The translations under genes were made by a program, and so were the position numbers. A DNA stretch of 64,000 nucleotides from Flaccisagitta enflata (lineage: Eukaryota), in assembly GCA_965153355.1 (NCBI GenBank), contig OZ231126.1, positions 48,608,001 to 48,672,000 of the forward strand, written 5' to 3'. Below the pieces are notes generated by a model. It was not told the origin of the DNA, did not search any database, and was given only the letters and a program-made list of their open reading frames with translations. The stretch's first letter is position 1. Every line of letters starts with the position of its first letter. Positions 53,666-64,000 of the stretch are shown here, piece after piece.

Positions 53666-55800
53666 CAGGGTGTTTCACATCAAATGATATATAAGAAAAC
53701 GATGATATTCTGTCTCTAAAAATAAAACAAAAATTTTGAAAATAGATTCATTAGTTTAAATTGAATAATTTGGCCACAATATAGATTTCAAATAAAATGG
53801 ATATTTACAGTCAATGTGTTTTTCATCCTGGAAGTTTTTCTTTAAATCATTCTCACGTCTAAATGGTTTGAGCTACAGCTACCAGATTGGACTCAAATGA
53901 AAGAAAATTAAAATATCTTTAATTTGAGACTAATCTGGCATCTGTAGCTCAAACCGTTTGGACATGAGAATGATTTGAAATCTATTTATTATCTATATTG
54001 TGGCGTAACTGCTCTACTAAGACCAATAAAATTTTTAGTCGCGTGCACGCGACTCTACACCCCGCTTTGTCGGTCCGTTGGTCCGTCAGTCCGTCCGTCC
54101 GTCACACTTTACTTTTTTGTAATATAACATCAACTCTTAGGTCATTTTAAGTCATTTTAAGTCATTAATAGTTATTCTAAGTCATTTTGAGTCATTCTAA
54201 GTCATTTTAAGTCATCTCAAGTCATTTTAAGTTATTTTTGGTCATTTTCGGTCATTAGGTTTTTTAGTCATCTTAAGTTGTTTTTAGCTATTTCAGGTCA
54301 TTCTAAGTCATTCTAAGTCATTCTTAGTCTGTAAGTCTCGCACGCGACTTATAGGTGTTGGCCTTGTTCTTGAAAAATCAGAGTTTAAGAGCTTTATGAA
54401 TCTTTTCACAGAATTGTTTCCACATTTTCAGAAGCAGAATGACATAGTTTTCTTATACAGACAGGACTCTAATAAGAGGTGAGGAGGGACCCAAATGTTT
54501 AGCAGCCCCCCCTACAGCTTACATGACTCAAGCAATTTTCTCACTTTCAGTGGCGGTTGACACTTTAGGTGGATACAATTGGCGCCACCGTGGCGTTTTT
54601 TTTAAATTTCTACCTAGAACACCCCTAAATTTTCAAAATTTGTGAAAAGTGTTTATTTTTTGGGGGGCAAATTTAGGCAATTTATCTAAATCTAGGAGTG
54701 TTCTAAATGGAAATTCAAAAATCACCGCGGTAGCGCTAATTGTATCCACCTAAGGTGTCAACCGCCACTGGAAGTGAGAAAATTACTTCAGCCATGTTCA
54801 GCTGTAGGGGGGCTGCCAAATCTTTGGGTCCCTCCTCAGTAGTAAAATTATATTTTTATGAAAAATATAACAACAGTATCTACGCAGCTCAACAGATTGT
54901 TGGATTGTAAAAATTGCCAGACAACAATGACTAGTCTTACACAGATCATCGTTGCGCAGATAAAAACGAAAAGTAATAAATAAAAGCAAACAGCAATAAT
55001 GAAAATATGTAACATTGAGTCAGCGGGTAATCAAAAGGCGTGGAGCTGCCCAGGATGCACAATGTAACTTCCATGGCCAAGGCGGATTTTTCTCTTACTT
55101 TTACTCTTGTTACTTTATTGTAATTCCAGTAAATAACGCACAATTTACTTGCTTACCTTCAGTGATTTACTTTCTAACTTTCTAACTCTCTTACTCTTTT
55201 ACTCTTACTTTCTTACTTTTTACCTCCTTCATAATTGGCTTTCTTGCTTTTTTACTTTCTTACTCTTTTACTCAGTTACTTTCATTGGGGTAAATTATTT
55301 TATTTTTTGCTTTACTTTACCAAATCATTGGTAAAAGTTGCTATGCCGATAGTAAGTTACCAAGTTCTTACTTTTTTACCTTGGTAAATATGCCATTTTT
55401 CAGTAACTGAAAAATTCCTCTCCTCCAAAATTCCTCTCCTCTAAAATTCCTCTTCCTCTTCAAAGTTCCTCTCCTCAAAATTCCTCCTTTCCAAAATTCC
55501 TCTCCTCCAAAATTCCTCTTCTCCAAAATTCCCCAGTAAATAAAAAATTCATTTCCTTAAAAATTCCTCTCCTCCAAAATTCCTCTCCTCCAAAATACTT
55601 AGATAGAAGTGAAGAGGAAAATTCCCCCTGGCCACAATTATACTACAAAGTTACAATGTGGGATGGCTCATTTCTTGCCGAAAATAAACTATAAAAGCCG
55701 ACAAGCGCAGCCTTAGAACCGTTTTTAACCAGAAGCTTAAAAACATTCTTAGAATCTTATTAGGGTCCTGTTTGTATATCATTTGATGTGAAACACCCTG
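53666..55800. mobile_element. Tc1/mariner-type element with TA TSD and nested insertions
   Basis: TA|CAGGGTGTTTCACATCAAATGATAT...ATATCATTTGATGTGAAACACCCTG|TA; contains a family B copy and a palindromic element at about 54481-54837. Confidence 0.75.
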
Positions 55801-56191
55801 TATTTTAGAATAAATTATAACTTGCATTTATCCAAAACGCAATCAAAGCTCCTTGAGGTACTTTTACTTTTTTTTCAAGATAGTACACCTAGATACTCTG
55901 CTCTCAAGCTTCAAATTGGCCCCCGAGATACCGATGCGCCTCATGAACCTTTGGACTGTACTCGTCACAATTTCATCCTCAGAGAACAAACTAACTTTCA
56001 ATTTTGTTTGAATTAACTGATATCCATAATACACGAGCGGTAACGAAACTTGAAAAATTGGCATCGAAGAATAATGACAGCGCTGGTTGTCAACCACGAG
56101 ACATACATATGCAGGAGAACAAAATCAACTGAGCAAGATAAAACGAAATTCTGGTTGTGAGCGGTTCGCCATATCGTGAGAATTGAGTAAC

Positions 56192-56352
56192 TCACTTCTT
56201 CAAAAGAACGTAGGTAGCGGCGGTAGCTACTCCGCAATTGTTGTCTTTTTGGCTCATGAGGACGTACCCGTCGTTTCCCCAATAAGTGGACCAAGAGTTC
56301 TTTACCAACCAGTATTTTTCGCCGTGAAGCTCGCCGTAACCCACTGCCAAAA
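56192..56352 (-). CDS. Papain-family cysteine protease (26/29-kDa proteinase/CFAD-like), last exon [53 protein letters not shown]
   Basis: ttattcag acceptor; YWLVKNSW carries the catalytic Asn; [13 protein letters not shown] matches the 26/29-kDa type. Upstream exons were not found in the window. Confidence 0.93.
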
Positions 56353-56754
56353 CTGAATAAAAATTGGGGCATAACGAAATCCGATCAAATACAATGCAGA
56401 TTTCAGAACTGGAAATTCAGCATCGTTTTTTATTCTTTTTTTCAACCCCCTCAACCATAAACCCGCTCCAATATGTCATGAGCCAAACACCATAACTCAA
56501 ATACATTTGAGTTTTACTAGAGCGCATTCCAAGAGACTGGGCCAATTCAATCTTTATAGCGAAGCAGCTTTATTGCAGACATTGAAAAAACAACATCTCT
56601 TAGGGGACAGCAAGTTACATGCCTTATAGGCGGGCATGCCTTGATAGAGAGTGCGCTCTAGCGGTACTCAACTTTTATACATCCGGAATTCGTTCATAAA
56701 TCGCATCATACCAGCAGGAAAAAACATATTTTCTCCACGAAGTCCTTCACCTAC

Positions 56755-56806
56755 CGGCATGATCTAGGTCAAATTCAGAGCTTCCGCACTTCGGTTCATA
56801 GTAAAC
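56755..56806 (-). CDS. Papain-family (C1A) cysteine protease, penultimate exon VYYEPKCGSSEFDLDHA, carrying the catalytic His
   Basis: Minus-strand ggccag acceptor and gtaggt donor; LDHA|V motif. Confidence 0.92.
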
Positions 56807-57861
56807 CTGGCCAAAAGAGATAAAAAATTTATTCCTCCGTCAGCATCAGGATCAAAAATGCGTTTTCAGTTGCGGACACGCAACTCTATAAGAGGCTTTG
56901 TCTAGCCGTCATTTCCATTGGTCCGTGATGATCAAGTTGATAAGTGGAAAAGCTTCAAAATTACAGTCCCACGGCTTGGGCCATGGGACTAGAATTATTG
57001 AAGCCTTCTCGTCGCGCATACGCGACTAGAGAAGATACACGACGCATAACCATGATGGCATACCTTGAAATCTATGATGGCTTAGCTTGATGTCTCTGAT
57101 GAAATACCTTGAAGTCCCTGATGGCATACCTTTAAGTCTCTGATGGCATACCTTTTAGTCTACGAAGACAAACCTTAAAGTCCATGGTGGCACACCAAAG
57201 TCCATGAAGACAAACCAAAATCCATGATAGCAAACCTGAAAAGCCATGATGATGAACCAGGAAACCTTGTAGTCGATGATGCCATACCTTAAAGTGGATG
57301 ATGCCATACCTTAAAGTGGATGATGCCATACCTTAAAGTGGATGATGCCATACCTTGAAGTGGATGATGCCATACCTTGAAGTCGAAGTCCACCATGCCA
57401 CTGAATCACGCTGATAGGGGCGGTCAGCGCACAACCGAGATTCTCAAATTAAATTCCATTCCAAATGGTGACTGGTGGAGTTTTCCTTTAAACAGACCAA
57501 ATCGGCTGAACACTATCATATACCCTTCAGAGTTGAGACTAACAAGTGACTAAAGTATGTTTTAATCACCATCAAAATCATATTGATGATATAGCTATGA
57601 GAGTGGATTTGGCATTGTTAAACGGCGTTGTTAAATGGCGTTGTTAAACGCCGTTGTCAAATGGCATTGTCAAATGGCGTTGTCACATGGCGTTGTCAAA
57701 TGCCGTTGTCAAACGGCATTGTCAAATGGTGTTGACAGTATACAAAGTTTACACCAAATCAGTTGAAATATACCAAAGTTATGTAAAATTTTCACTTTTA
57801 AGAGGTTGGCTGGATAGGTGGTACCGTCTGCGGTCTTTCGGTCTTTCGGTGTAGGGCTTCA

Positions 57862-58565
57862 TAACAAGTCATCCAAGGATCGCACATGGTCAGCGGTACC
57901 CGATGCCCTGCTTGGAGTGATTAGCTGAAGTGGAGTGAGAGCAGGGCAGCGGCCCCAAAGGGCCGATGTCCTGTAGGACACAGGGGTGAATTTCCTTACG
58001 TCCTGAGAGGGCACATTTGGGGTAATTTTCCGTGATATTCATTGGGAATTTTGCATTTTTTTTTTCAATTTTTGTTATTCAATGGGAACTTGAGGTCTGA
58101 GAGGCTGGATTTAAGGCCCAAGAGGCTGGAATGAGACCCAAAAGGTTGGATTTGAGGCCCAAGAGGCTGAATATGAGGCCCAAGAGGCTGGATTTGAGGC
58201 CTGAGAGGCCGGATTTGAGGCCTGAGAGGCTGGATTTGAGGCCTGAGAGGCTGGATTTAAGGCCTGAGAGGCTGGATTTGAGGCCTGACAGGCTGGATTT
58301 GAGGCCTGAGAGGCTAGATTTGAGGCCTGAGGGGCTGGATTTAAGGCCTGAGAGGCTGGATTTGAGACCTGAGAGGCTGGATTTGAGGCCTGAGAGGCCA
58401 GATTTGAGGCCTGAGAGGCCGGATATGAGGCCTGAGAGGCTTGAGAAGCTTCCAAGGGGGGGGGGGACGTACGGACGGACGGACGTACGTACGTACGGAC
58501 GGACGTAAGGAAATTCACCCCTGTGTCCTACAGGACATCGGCCCTTTGGGGCCGCTGCCCAAAAA
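57862..58565 (-). mobile_element. Family A HINE-like element with a 21-bp array
   Basis: Perfect IR of about 55 bp at 57944 and 58560; (GATTTGAGGCCTGAGAGGCTG)n; GGAC microsatellite. Confidence 0.8.
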
Positions 58566-58779
58566 GGGCGAGTCCCCTGATACCTATGAAGTTGGGTCTT
58601 AAAATGTGCGTATCACCTTAGGGAACACTGATCCAGGTTCATTAATCATTATACCCAGTTTCAGGTGCTAGTTCGAACGTCCCCAAAAAAAGTGCCCAAA
58701 ATGGCCAAAATTAGCCATTTTTGACCGTTTTTGGCCCTTAAACCGATCTTAAACATGGAGTAGAGCCATGAAATTTTGC

Positions 58780-60637
58780 ACACCCATGTATCAGACCCTA
58801 ATTTAGTTGTATGTAAAAAATTTTGAACCTCGGAAATTTTTTAGGTACCTAAATATGGAAAAAACGTGTTTTTCGCGAATTTTGAAAAAAAAAAATTGTG
58901 TTACCCCCCTTAAAGTTCACCGATTTGGACAAAATTTTTACTGGAGATACTTCACATTATGAAGTACCTTTATGCAAAATTTCATCAAAATCGGAGCACT
59001 TTAAGTACCCGAAATTGTCTTTGAAAATCCAAAAATGGAAAAAAATGACTTTGAAAATCATCTTTTGGCTGGGGACATTGCCATGTTATGGCAGGGACGT
59101 ATGAACCAAGGGCTAAAATTCCTTTTAGTGACTGTTTTTGATGCCCAAAAAAAATTTCATGACCCTGAGAGCATTTTTTGGGTGTCAAATAACACTTTTT
59201 TTGGAGACCGTAGGACCCAAAATCGCGAAATTTGACATTTTTTGGCCTTTTTTCAAGTTATAACCTAAAAAAAAGTTGAAATATCAGCCAATTATTTTGC
59301 ATGCACATATTATAGACCTTAATAAAGATTCAGGATAAAAAATCTTTTTGCTAAAAAGATTTCCAGGTACCTAAATTAAGAAAAATCGGGTTTTTCGCGA
59401 TTTTTTTATAGAAAAAGAATGTTGTTACCCCTCTTAAAATTCACCGATTTGGACAAAATTTTTACTGGAGATACTTCACATTATGAAGTACCTCCATGCA
59501 AAATTTCATCAAAATCGGAGCACTTTAAGTACCCAAAATTGTCTTCGAAAATCCAAAAATGGAAAAAAATGACTCTGAAAATCATCTTTGGGCCAGGGAC
59601 ATTGCCATGTTATGGCAGGGACGTATGAACCAAGGGCTAAAATTCCTTTTAGTGACTGTTGTTGATGCCCAAAAAAAATTTCATGACCCTGAGAGCATTT
59701 TTTGGGTGTCAAAAAACACTTTTGGAGACCATCAGACCCAAAACAACAAAATTTGACGATTTTTGGCCTTTTTTCAAGTTAAACCCTAAGAAGAAGTTGA
59801 AATATGAATCAAAAATTTTGCATGGACATAAAGTAGACCTTAATAACGATTCATGAAAAAAAATTTTTCGGTAAAAAAAATTTATTGATACCTAAATTAG
59901 GAAAAATCGGTTTTTTTTTCGATTTTATAAATGAAAACAAATGTTGTTACCCCCCTTAAAGTTCACCGATTTTGACAAAATTTTTACTGAAGATACTTCA
60001 CATTACGAAGTACCTCCATGCAAAATTTCATCAAAATCAGAGTACTCTAAGTACCCAAAATTGTCTTCGAAAATTAAAAAATGGAAAAAAAAGGACCTGA
60101 AAATCGTCTTTTGGCCGGAGACATTGCCATGTTATGGCAGGGACGTATGAGCCAAGGGCCAAAATTCCTTTTAGGGACTGTTGTTGATGCCCAAAAAAAA
60201 TTTCATGACTCTGAGAGCATTTTTTGAGTGTCAAATAACAATTTTTGGGAGACTGTAGGACCCAAAATCGCGAAATTTTGAAATTTTTGGCCTTTTTTCA
60301 AGTTATTACCTAAAAAAAGGTGAAATATCAGCCAATTATTTTGCATGCACATGTAATATAGACCTTAATAAAGATTCATGATAAAAATTTTTTTTGTTAC
60401 ATTTCGAGGTACCTAACTTAGGAAAAATCGGGTTTTTCGCGATTTTTTTAATGAAAAAGAATGTTGTTACCCCCCTTAAAGTTCACCAATTTGGACAAAA
60501 TGTTTACTGGAGATACTTTACATTATGGAGTACTACCATGCAAAATTTCATAATAATCGGAGCACTCTAAGTACCAAAAATTGCTTTCGCAAATCAAAAA
60601 ATGAAAAAAAATGACTTGGAAAATCGTCTTTTTGCCC
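58780..60637 (+). repeat. Approximately 522-bp tandem repeat, about 3.5 copies
   Basis: GTTACCCC...TTAAARTTCACCRATTT recurs at about 58900, 59424, 59946 and 60465. Confidence 0.9.
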
Positions 60638-60740
60638 TGATTCAGGGTAAATTATTTTGCTTCCGCATGTCTGTCTGTCTGTGTGTGTCAATCTGTGTCT
60701 TTCTGTCTGTCTATATCTCTGTCTATCTGTCTTTCAAAAC

Positions 60741-60968
60741 TTTTTAGCCGCATGCTACGCGACTCTACCACCCGCTTTGTCGGTCCGTCCCTCGGTCTGT
60801 CGGTCTGTTGGTCTGTCTGTCCGTCAGTGGGTCCGTCCGTCCGTCACACTTTTTGTTATTTTTTTGCAGTCTTTAGCCTAACTGCTCCTGCCCAAATGAT
60901 TGAGTGACCTCAAAAACAGCCCCTGCCCACACGCACGCAACTGGGGTAGCCGTGTATCCGGCCTTGTT
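60741..60968 (+). mobile_element. Family B HINE-like element; other copies about 6525-6737(-), 9617-9735(-), 28748-28900(-), 29355-29583(-), 33701-34510(+), 46416-46600(+), 54033-54368(+)
   Basis: Family consensus: 5' hairpin AGTCGCGTGNACGCGACT, (GTCY)n microsatellite, 3' CCTGCCCACCCGCACGCGACT..GTGTATCCGGCCTTGTT. Confidence 0.75.
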
Positions 60969-61183
60969 TAAACCTATTCTGCATCTTTCGGCTTTTCTGT
61001 CTGTTCTTCTTCTATGTATGTACCTCCATCTGTGTTTCTACTTTTGGTGTGAAGCTGTTTAACCAACTGTCTCTGTCTGTCCTTCTGTCTTTCCTGTCCT
61101 TTTCTTTGTGTATGTATGTGTAAATGTGTGTTGGCCCTTTCTGTTAACCTTGATTGTCTGCCCTGTCTGTCTGTCTGTCTGTG

Positions 61184-61246
<63 letters not shown>

Positions 61247-61317
61247 GCCTTTCCCCACGTGCGTCCAAAAGGTCATGATCAAGCTCGACCAAAATTCGCG
61301 ATTGCCGGCAAATGATG

Positions 61318-61387
<70 letters not shown>

Positions 61388-61489
61388 AAGAGAGAGAGAG
61401 AAAGAGAGATATGGGGGAAGTGAGTACGCTGGACATGAATTTGAATGTGCTTTGATTTGCCAATTTACTATATTACACATAAAAACTGC

Positions 61490-64000
61490 TTTCAGGGTCA
61501 TTTTGAAATCAACGGATATACGATTTCAGCGAGACGAGAGCACAGTGACATTGGTGGCTCGCGTGGGAGCATGACTTTGACGCGCAATGATGTGGCAGGA
61601 GTAATTGAACTAGAAAATCTTAAGCAAAATTTCAAACACGATGAGATAATTGGCATTGAAATCCAAAAGACTGATTCTCGTCCAAATCTCAAAGTCTTTT
61701 GCTACTACAACCCCCCACTTACATCGCCAAATCAGGCCATAATTAGACACATTGCTGCAGAAGATGACAATTGCATACTGGTTGGAGATCTAAATTGTAA
61801 AAACACGTTTTGGGGCTCGACAAAAAATGATTCCAGAGGCATAGACCTTTTAAATTCATTGTCCGACTACAATCTTATTCCATATAACAATGGCAGTTTC
61901 ACCCGCTGCGATCCATCCAGTGGAAAAGAAGAATGCTTAGATCTGATTATTGGTAATGTTGAATCTGCAAAGCTATTCAAAGAATTTTGGGTTGGCTTCG
62001 ACGTGGGCAGCGACCACTATCCTGTTCATGCTGTTCTTCAATTTGACTCACCCAACACTACAAATCCTCTCAAGACAAGAAAACCCGAAAAAATGAATAC
62101 TACGAAATGGAATCGAATCTTGAGAGAAGCATCGCCGATACAGAAGGCATCCACGCCAGCTGATCTTGATCTTAATGTAGAGGCCATTACTAATCAAATA
62201 AAAAATGCCTTTGAAGAAAGTTGCCCTGAAACTGTAATCCGACGGCGACCTAAATGCAATTTCACACCTGAAATCCAGGCCCGGGTCAAGGAGAAAAGAC
62301 ACTTACGACGGCAGAAAAATGATGCCATGGCCAACGGTGATTATATTGCAGTAAGACAAATCATGACTAAAATTAACCGTCTTGGCAATGAGATAAAAAA
62401 AATTCAAAAAAATGAAAAGAAGCGAGAATTGGAAAAACATTGTCAGAGCCTCAACACTGAGACAAATCCCAAAAAGTTTTTCAGAACATTTGGCATTTTG
62501 GCAAATCCGATCCTCAATGATGAAACTTCAACGTCGACGCAAAGACCAGTGGAGGATGAAAATGGCACAAGAGCAACTTCTGCTAAAGAAAAAGCCAACC
62601 TCTTTGCTAGTCGCCTTCAACGCATCCATCAGGAGCCTGACTATGTAGGTTTCGACGCAGGATGGAAAGTATCAGTTGAGAGATATTTAGCTGAAAATGA
62701 GAAGATATTCAAAGTTGAAAATGAAAAATCTTATCTCGAAAATGAATCTGGAGATGACTCTGAACTATGTAACCCAGTGAGCGTTGATGAATTTGATAAA
62801 AATCTTGCTCGATGCAAGAACAAGTCCGCAGCTGGCCATGACGGTATAAGTTATCATCTTCTCAAGAAGGTACCAGATGAAACGAAAAAAAGCTTATGCC
62901 AAGTCTTCTCCGATGCTATTCGACTTGGATACTTCCCAAAACTCTGGAAATCGGCCACTGTCAAAGTCATACCAAAGCCAAACAAAGATACTAAATATGC
63001 TAAAAACTTCAGGCCCATATCACTTCTTTCATGTGTTGGTAAAATACTGGAAAGAATTATTGCCTCAAGACTGTCGTTGCATATGGAGACCAACAAAATG
63101 TTTGCAAATTCTCAAAGTGGCTTTAGACGCAAACACATGACTAGTGAGCAACTGTTAAGATTATTGGAAGCAAGCCATACCGCATTCAAAAAACAGCAAA
63201 CCACCGCAGCTTTGTTTCTTGACGCTGAGGCAGCTTTTGATCGATGCTGGCACAGTGGAATTTGGTTCAAACTGAAGAAAAATCTAAATCTTCCTGATCG
63301 CATTATACGACTACTGAGCTCATTCCTGACCGACAGAACTCTAAAAGTGCTCTATGCAGGATGCTACTCACAATCCGTCACTCTCAACGCTGGGACCCCC
63401 CAAGGTAGTCCTCTGTCTCCACTAATCTACATCATATTTGTCAACGACTATCCTGATGAGATCCAAAACATGAGCAGTGTATCCCAGTTCGCCGACGACA
63501 CAGCGTTGTGGACATCAGCCTATACGGAATCATTCGCCATTCACAAACTGCAGAAATCGCTCAATCTTCTCGAGGCCTGGTGTAGGAAATGGAGAGTGAA
63601 GCTAAATGGCGATAAGTCAAAGTTGCTGCTTATTGCTAGGACCCGCGAAAAAAACTCTGAAAACCACGCGCTCCACCTCTTCAACGATATAATAAGGCCA
63701 GCTCAGAGTGCAAAATTCCTAGGGATTGAAATTGACAGGCTTTTGTCATTCAAGAATCACATTGACTCAATATGCAAACGGGCTAACACGCGACTAAATG
63801 TGCTGAAAGTTCTCTCAAGGAGTGGCACAGATGCAGCTACTCTTATGCGACTATACACTATCTATATACGGCCAATCATTGAGTATGGTAGTATTGCTTT
63901 CCTCGCCGCTCCTAAGTCCCAAATCTCTCGCCTTGAAAGCATTGAAAATGACGCAATTCGTACTTTTCTAAGACTGCCCAGGTATATTCGGAACACTCTA
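61490..64000 (+). mobile_element. Non-LTR retrotransposon (LINE, Jockey/I-like), apparently 5'-truncated, running off the window
   Basis: Encodes an APE endonuclease plus RT. The frame begins mid-endonuclease (HFEINGYTI); no ORF1 is seen. Confidence 0.92.
61571..64000 (+). CDS. LINE ORF2: AP-endonuclease plus reverse transcriptase, open to the window end (>800 aa)
   Basis: All in one frame: YYNPP, LVGDLN, LDLII, GSDHYPV, NFRPISLLSCVGKILE, QSGFR, FLDAEAAFD, GTPQGSPLSP, QFADDT, KFLG. Confidence 0.93.
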   Translation, partial: MTLTRNDVAGVIELENLKQNFKHDEIIGIEIQKTDSRPNLKVFCYYNPPLTSPNQAIIRHIAAEDDNCILVGDLNCKNTFWGSTKNDSRGIDLLNSLSDYNLIPYNNGSFTRCDPSSGKEECLDLIIGNVESAKLFKEFWVGFDVGSDHYPVHAVLQFDSPNTTNPLKTRKPEKMNTTKWNRILREASPIQKASTPADLDLNVEAITNQIKNAFEESCPETVIRRRPKCNFTPEIQARVKEKRHLRRQKNDAMANGDYIAVRQIMTKINRLGNEIKKIQKNEKKRELEKHCQSLNTETNPKKFFRTFGILANPILNDETSTSTQRPVEDENGTRATSAKEKANLFASRLQRIHQEPDYVGFDAGWKVSVERYLAENEKIFKVENEKSYLENESGDDSELCNPVSVDEFDKNLARCKNKSAAGHDGISYHLLKKVPDETKKSLCQVFSDAIRLGYFPKLWKSATVKVIPKPNKDTKYAKNFRPISLLSCVGKILERIIASRLSLHMETNKMFANSQSGFRRKHMTSEQLLRLLEASHTAFKKQQTTAALFLDAEAAFDRCWHSGIWFKLKKNLNLPDRIIRLLSSFLTDRTLKVLYAGCYSQSVTLNAGTPQGSPLSPLIYIIFVNDYPDEIQNMSSVSQFADDTALWTSAYTESFAIHKLQKSLNLLEAWCRKWRVKLNGDKSKLLLIARTREKNSENHALHLFNDIIRPAQSAKFLGIEIDRLLSFKNHIDSICKRANTRLNVLKVLSRSGTDAATLMRLYTIYIRPIIEYGSIAFLAAPKSQISRLESIENDAIRTFLRLPRYIRNTL

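Overview
Repeat-dense animal genomic DNA, probably invertebrate; the species cannot be identified from the sequence. Almost every ORF in the supplied track is a repeat artefact. Manual splicing recovers four coding elements. (1) A + strand gene of at least 15 exons (19958-32402; 5' end not found, one bridging micro-exon uncertain). It encodes a type I membrane protein with at least 3 Ig-like domains, a basic juxtamembrane stretch, a TM helix and a cytoplasmic tail ending in a calmodulin-like EF-hand pair (DEDQDGYLTVAE...VDVETFLHLL). (2) The last two exons of a papain-family 26/29-kDa-type cysteine protease on the - strand (56192-56806). (3) Decayed phosphoethanolamine N-methyltransferase-like fragments (about 8913-10712). 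(4) An uninterrupted APE+RT LINE ORF running off the right edge. Inside the Ig gene, splice acceptors plus the 5' part of their exon are tandemly amplified at three sites (x2, x10, about x5-7), and only the last copy continues into the complete exon. Non-coding content includes a 9-kb, 70-bp G-quadruplex-motif satellite containing an Illumina adapter artefact, Helentron-associated (HINE/DINE-like) elements with internal tandem arrays, nested MITEs and microsatellites.
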